Shown here: positions 36,193-40,339 of the stretch, piece after piece
Layout: each line of letters starts with the position of its first letter
Position numbering within the stretch: position 1 is the first letter of the stretch
Assembly (NCBI GenBank): GCA_029856125.1
Contig: JAHQWJ010000046.1
Span: forward strand, 1 to 40,339
Reading direction: 5' to 3'
Length of the DNA: 40,339 bases
DNA from: Promethearchaeia archaeon
Lineage (GTDB): Archaea > Asgardarchaeota > Lokiarchaeia > Sigyniarchaeales > SOKP01
Made by a program: the position numbers and the translations under genes
The notes under the pieces: model-generated
Database searches by the model: none
The model's input: only the letters and a program-made list of their open reading frames with translations
Told to the model about the DNA's origin: nothing

Positions 36193-36678
36193 ATGATTGG
36201 AAGAGTCCTGTTCATTTGTTACGCTAATACATGCCGAACTCCAGCAGCATTTGAGCTTGCTAAACTTTACGCTAAAAGAATCGGCTTAGAAGGGGTAATG
36301 TTCGATTCTGCAGGATGGCACATTGCCTTCGATCACGCACAACCAGAAACCATTGAATATCTTAAATTAAAAGGAGTTGAGATGAACGATTTTAGACCCA
36401 AACCTATTACGCGAGAATTAATCGAGAAACAGGATCTCATTATTGGGATGGAAAGATACCAATTAACAAAGATCCGGAATAAATTTAAGGACATGAAAGA
36501 AAGTTTGAAAGGTAAGTTATATACTTTAAAGGAGTTCAATGGTGCGGGAAAAAAAGACCTCAATATTCCAGATCCTTACAAAACTGGCAAGAAACAATAC
36601 TTCGAGATTCTCGAAATAGTAGAGAAACATGTCGAACTTCTCGTTCAGAAAGTTAAAAAGATCAATCAAGTAACATAA
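36193..36678 (+). CDS. LMW protein phosphatase, copy 3
   Basis: CYANTCRT, DSAG and DPYK. Confidence 0.88.
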   Translation: MIGRVLFICYANTCRTPAAFELAKLYAKRIGLEGVMFDSAGWHIAFDHAQPETIEYLKLKGVEMNDFRPKPITRELIEKQDLIIGMERYQLTKIRNKFKDMKESLKGKLYTLKEFNGAGKKDLNIPDPYKTGKKQYFEILEIVEKHVELLVQKVKKINQVT

Positions 36679-36812
36679 ATATGAAAACTGTATGTTAATC
36701 AGTATTTAGGGATTGCTTACACTTCTGTAAAATATCCTATTTAAATGGTCGCAATGTTTAAAATTTCTAACACTATTTGAAAAAATATAAAGCTATTAAC
36801 AGAATTCTATTT

Positions 36813-37355
36813 ATGAACCAAATAACGATTAATAACGCAGTTATTGAGATCTTTGTTGGCGATTTAATCAATGCACAATACGATGCAATAGTAATTCCTA
36901 CAAACAGTCGCCTTTTACCAAGCGGTACTTTGCGATGTAAGGTAATAAAAGAAGCGGGGCATACAATACAAATAGAATGTAATCAAATTATAAGTAAAAT
37001 ATCCAGTGTTCCAATTGGAAGAGCAGTAATCACATCTGGCGGTAATTTGAATGCAAATTTTATATTTCACTTAAGAGCAGGACACGATCAAAAAAAATTA
37101 ATGGTAGCAATCTGGAATTCGTTGAATCTTGCTGATAAAGAAAGTTTATCTTCAATAGCGTTCCCTCCTATGTCAATAGATATTTTAGGGTTCAATGCTA
37201 AGATTTGCGCTGGAATTATGATTCCAACGATTCAGAAATACATCTTAGAGAAGAATAAAAATTTAAAAAATGTTTCAGTCTGTCTTGAATCCTTACCTGA
37301 CTACAAGGAATTTGAAAGCGTTCTTAGCAATTTGATTGCTCCCAACCTTTCTTAG
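36813..37355 (+). CDS. Macro domain protein (degenerate glycine loop)
   Basis: FVGDL, DAIVIPTNS, GRAVITSGGNL.A.FIFH and SIAFPPMS; ATG 36813 preferred as start. Confidence 0.8.
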   Translation: MNQITINNAVIEIFVGDLINAQYDAIVIPTNSRLLPSGTLRCKVIKEAGHTIQIECNQIISKISSVPIGRAVITSGGNLNANFIFHLRAGHDQKKLMVAIWNSLNLADKESLSSIAFPPMSIDILGFNAKICAGIMIPTIQKYILEKNKNLKNVSVCLESLPDYKEFESVLSNLIAPNLS

Positions 37356-37549
37356 CTTTGGTGATGTTTTTTAATTCTTATTTGTTCATTTTATGTAATA
37401 ATTATTCAAAAAATGAAACTTTAAAAAACAATAATCTATGTTACATGTAAGATTTTTAGTTTAAGTACAAATCAAATTCGTATTTGATTTAAACGTCGAA
37501 TTGAATTTGATCGTTCAAATACATTAAATTAGGATAAGGGGATTCCTTT

Positions 37550-38110
37550 TTGGAAACAAATGGTATAGATGAGAATTTTTTAAACGATTTAAATGGAAGT
37601 ATTCAAAACGATGTATCAAATATTAATTCACTAAAGGGATTTGAAGTAATTTCTGAATCAATAGTGTACAAAATTCTTGATATATTCGGAAGAAACAGTT
37701 TGCTTTCAATGTTGTATCAAACTGGGGCAGGACCAGGTGAAAAGATAGCAGAAATAATAAAACAGAAATACGAGAAAAATGATTTTGAGATTTTTGAAGC
37801 TTTAAAAATCTTAATGATTGAGTTAAGAGATTTTTACTCGATGCAAATTAGAGAAGTTCAAGAATATCAGGACCATTTTAAAATAATTATAGAAAATTAT
37901 TGTTTTTTGCGAGATCCTTATAGCCATAGAGAAAAACTTAAACCGGGTAAAGCCTTTTGCCGTATTAATAAAGGGTATTTCGAAACGGCTTTTAGGAAAT
38001 TGTTAGGAGATAAACTAAAAAAAGTAGAAATTAATTTTCTTCACGACGATCTCGAAAATGATGTTTGTGTGGAAGAGTTAGTCTTTTATCCTAATATTGA
38101 AACATTATAA
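37550..38110 (+). CDS. V4R-like small-molecule-binding domain protein
   Basis: LYQTG..PG, CFLR, FCRINKGYF and C-terminal C: three Cys in V4R-type spacing. Confidence 0.6.
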   Translation: METNGIDENFLNDLNGSIQNDVSNINSLKGFEVISESIVYKILDIFGRNSLLSMLYQTGAGPGEKIAEIIKQKYEKNDFEIFEALKILMIELRDFYSMQIREVQEYQDHFKIIIENYCFLRDPYSHREKLKPGKAFCRINKGYFETAFRKLLGDKLKKVEINFLHDDLENDVCVEELVFYPNIETL

Positions 38111-38116
38111 ATGGAA

Positions 38117-38449
38117 TTAAATTATATCTTTAGCGTCTATATCCAATAATTGAGCTAATTTTTGTTTTTTACTTTCCATTAACGGGCCTGCTGCTGCTGT
38201 TGCAGGACCTATAGAACCCATTCCGAGTTTCTCATGGATTTGCCAGTAAGCTTCTTCATAAATTTCCGTTTTTTTATTATGATCCATTTTAAAATTTTGG
38301 AATGCCTTGTCAATTATTAAGTCTGCGGTCTTATCAAGTTCTTTTAATCTTTGATTAATATATTCTCCCGTTATATCTTTACCTGTATCAAGATCAATCA
38401 CCCGCTGCACCATGTGTTCTTCTGCAATTTTTTCTTTCCTATCTTTCAT
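38117..38449 (-). CDS. Hypothetical protein
   Basis: 110-aa ORF; no family recognised. Confidence 0.65.
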   Translation of the reverse strand: MKDRKEKIAEEHMVQRVIDLDTGKDITGEYINQRLKELDKTADLIIDKAFQNFKMDHNKKTEIYEEAYWQIHEKLGMGSIGPATAAAGPLMESKKQKLAQLLDIDAKDII

Positions 38450-38755
38450 GCAATATATGACACTACTTATCTGAAATTAGTAATACAAAAATTTTTTCTT
38501 CAAGTAGATAATAATAAACGGGGTATAAAATTCTTCTGATTCTTGGATTAGGCTAAAAACAATCTCATATTATATTCATAAGTGGAGATATGTTTTTTCA
38601 TTATATTCAATTATATTCAAATGGATCATTAACTTGTACTTTTTGAAATACGAAATGTCAAAGATTAAAAAAAAATTTGAATTAGTTTACATATAGCAAT
38701 CTGATTTTAATAAACAATAAAATAAAAAATAAAATTTTAAAGAGGAATTATTAAA

Positions 38756-39931
38756 ATGGCTGAAATTAAAAACATAGTTATGATTGGTGCCGGTTTAATG
38801 GGTCATAACGCCGCCCAAATCTTTCTAATGGCTGGTTATAATGTTACATTAGTCGACATCAAGGACGAATTTGTTGATGCTGGTGCTGCTAAAATCGAGG
38901 AAGGTTTAAAAAAACTTGAAGCGAAAGGAAAATTAGGTGAAGGTATTTCTGCTGCAAGTCTGTTTGGAAATTTAAAAAAATCAATAGATATTGCAAGTGC
39001 AGTAAAAGACGCTGATTTTGTTGTTGAAGCTGTTGTCGAAAGAATGGATGTTAAAAAGCAAGTGTTTAAAACTTGCGATGAGAATGCACCACCACATTGT
39101 ATATTAGCAACGAATACTTCAACAATGAGCATTAGTGAAATCGCTAGCGCAACTAATAGAGAAGATAAAGTGATAGGCATGCACTTCTTTAATCCACCGA
39201 TTCTTATGCGATTAGTCGAAATAATAGCAGGTGAAAAGAGTTCCGATGAATCGATGGATATTGGTGTTGAAGTAAGCAAGTCATTACCGTGTTTAAAAGG
39301 AAAAAGATTTGTTCCAAAAGTCTTGAAAGATCGTCCTGGGTTTATTGTCAATCGTTTAAATGCTCCAGTTCAAATTTATCTCAATTGGGTATTTGACCAA
39401 GCGGCTGAAAAAGGAATCCCATGGGAACAAATTGATGCCGATGCTGCTGGTTTAATGCCGATGGGACCTTGTGAACTTGGAGATTACGTTGGACTTGATA
39501 CCATGTTTCATGTAGGTAATTATTACACAGAAACATTATCTCCAGATTTTAAACCAGGAAAAGTCCTTACAAAGATGGTCGAAGAGAATAAACTCGGACG
39601 AAAATCGCCACAAGGATTCTTTGATTGGTCAGCAGGGAGACCTAAAATAGATAAGTCTCAAAAAGCAGGATTATTTAGTGTTGAAAATTCTATGGCAATT
39701 ATGCTAAACGAAGGTTGTCGTCTCTTAGAAGAGAAGGTCGTTACGGGATTCAAGGTAATTGACGATGCCAACATGGCTGGGATGAATACTCCTGGACCTT
39801 TTGGTGGCGGTAAAAACCAATTTGAGAAATGGTCAAACCTTTTAAATGATTTAGCAGATAAGACTGGCAAAGACTACCTGAGACCTTGTGAGTTAATGAA
39901 TTCTGGTGGCTTTGTTAAAATGCGAAAGTAA
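38756..39931 (+). CDS. 3-hydroxyacyl-CoA dehydrogenase with duplicated C-terminal domain
   Basis: GAGLMG, EAVVE, ATNTST, GMHFFNPP, PGFIVNR and PMGP; RBS GAGGA. Confidence 0.93.
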   Translation: MAEIKNIVMIGAGLMGHNAAQIFLMAGYNVTLVDIKDEFVDAGAAKIEEGLKKLEAKGKLGEGISAASLFGNLKKSIDIASAVKDADFVVEAVVERMDVKKQVFKTCDENAPPHCILATNTSTMSISEIASATNREDKVIGMHFFNPPILMRLVEIIAGEKSSDESMDIGVEVSKSLPCLKGKRFVPKVLKDRPGFIVNRLNAPVQIYLNWVFDQAAEKGIPWEQIDADAAGLMPMGPCELGDYVGLDTMFHVGNYYTETLSPDFKPGKVLTKMVEENKLGRKSPQGFFDWSAGRPKIDKSQKAGLFSVENSMAIMLNEGCRLLEEKVVTGFKVIDDANMAGMNTPGPFGGGKNQFEKWSNLLNDLADKTGKDYLRPCELMNSGGFVKMRK

Positions 39932-39957
39932 GTGAAAATTCTAAATACTAGTCAAAC

Positions 39958-39974
39958 TTTTTTTCTTTTTTTTT
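39958..39974 (+). terminator. U-rich terminator
   Basis: TTTTTTTCTTTTTTTTT after the HADH stop codon. Confidence 0.5.
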
Positions 39975-40146
39975 CTAATCTAATACTTGGTTATTTAATT
40001 TTGTTGCTTTCAATAATCCAGCAAAAATATGAAAATGAAAAATTTGAAAGTTTTTAATTAGTAATAAATTACTACTAAATATTCATAATTCAAAATTTTT
40101 AGAGAATTAAAGTTAATTATAAAGAATTTAAAAAAGGTTAGTAAAA

Positions 40147-40339
40147 ATGTCAGAAAAAGAATTTGAACATCTTAAAATCGAATGGCCCACAAAAGTGAAT
40201 GAACAAGGTGAAGTTGTTCGAGAAGGGACAATTGATGGAAATTACGCTGTAATTTCAATGAACAGACCTGATAGATTAAACGCGTTAACGGATCAAGTTT
40301 TATCCGAAATTACTAGAGCGTTAAGACTTATGGAAGTAG
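40147..40339 (+). CDS. Enoyl-CoA hydratase/isomerase (crotonase), partial at the right edge
   Basis: MSEKEFEHLKIEW...YAVISMNRPDRLNALTDQVLSEI, a crotonase N-terminal motif. Confidence 0.8.
   Translation, partial: MSEKEFEHLKIEWPTKVNEQGEVVREGTIDGNYAVISMNRPDRLNALTDQVLSEITRALRLMEV

Noticed and set aside
38836-39351. 171-aa antisense ORF within the HADH gene (and similar shadows in other genes)
   Set aside because: Codon-register antisense shadow of a well-supported gene, with no recognisable motifs.

Overview
AT-rich, gene-dense chromosomal segment, most likely from an Asgard archaeon (Lokiarchaeia/Promethearchaeota). This assignment rests on two Rab-like GTPases, a longin-Arf-like GTPase fusion, a membrane protein with a cytoplasmic longin-like domain, an IPGF-type C-terminal sorting signal, archaeal PUA, short XPF and AroA'-type genes, and poly-T terminators. 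The left end holds the most interesting locus, a minus-strand lipid cluster. It encodes a HAD phosphatase, a double-domain PlsC-type acyltransferase, a DUF2229 protein of the PlsA/Ger plasmalogen/ether-lipid reductase family, and an unlisted ORF of at least 665 aa fusing a DHCR24/TmsA-like FAD reductase to a second DUF2229 domain. A divergent SCP2-like protein and a palindromic operator lie upstream. This is a candidate bacterial-type ester-to-ether lipid pathway in an archaeon. The rest contains small-GTPase/longin signalling genes, tryptophanase, a katA-perR module with Per/Fur boxes, and fatty-acid oxidation genes. It also contains an 8-repeat surface protein flanked by a duplicated 3' end of an acyl-CoA dehydrogenase gene, nadB, three tandem LMW phosphatases, and macro and V4R domain genes. 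No rRNA, tRNA, CRISPR array or transposase was seen.
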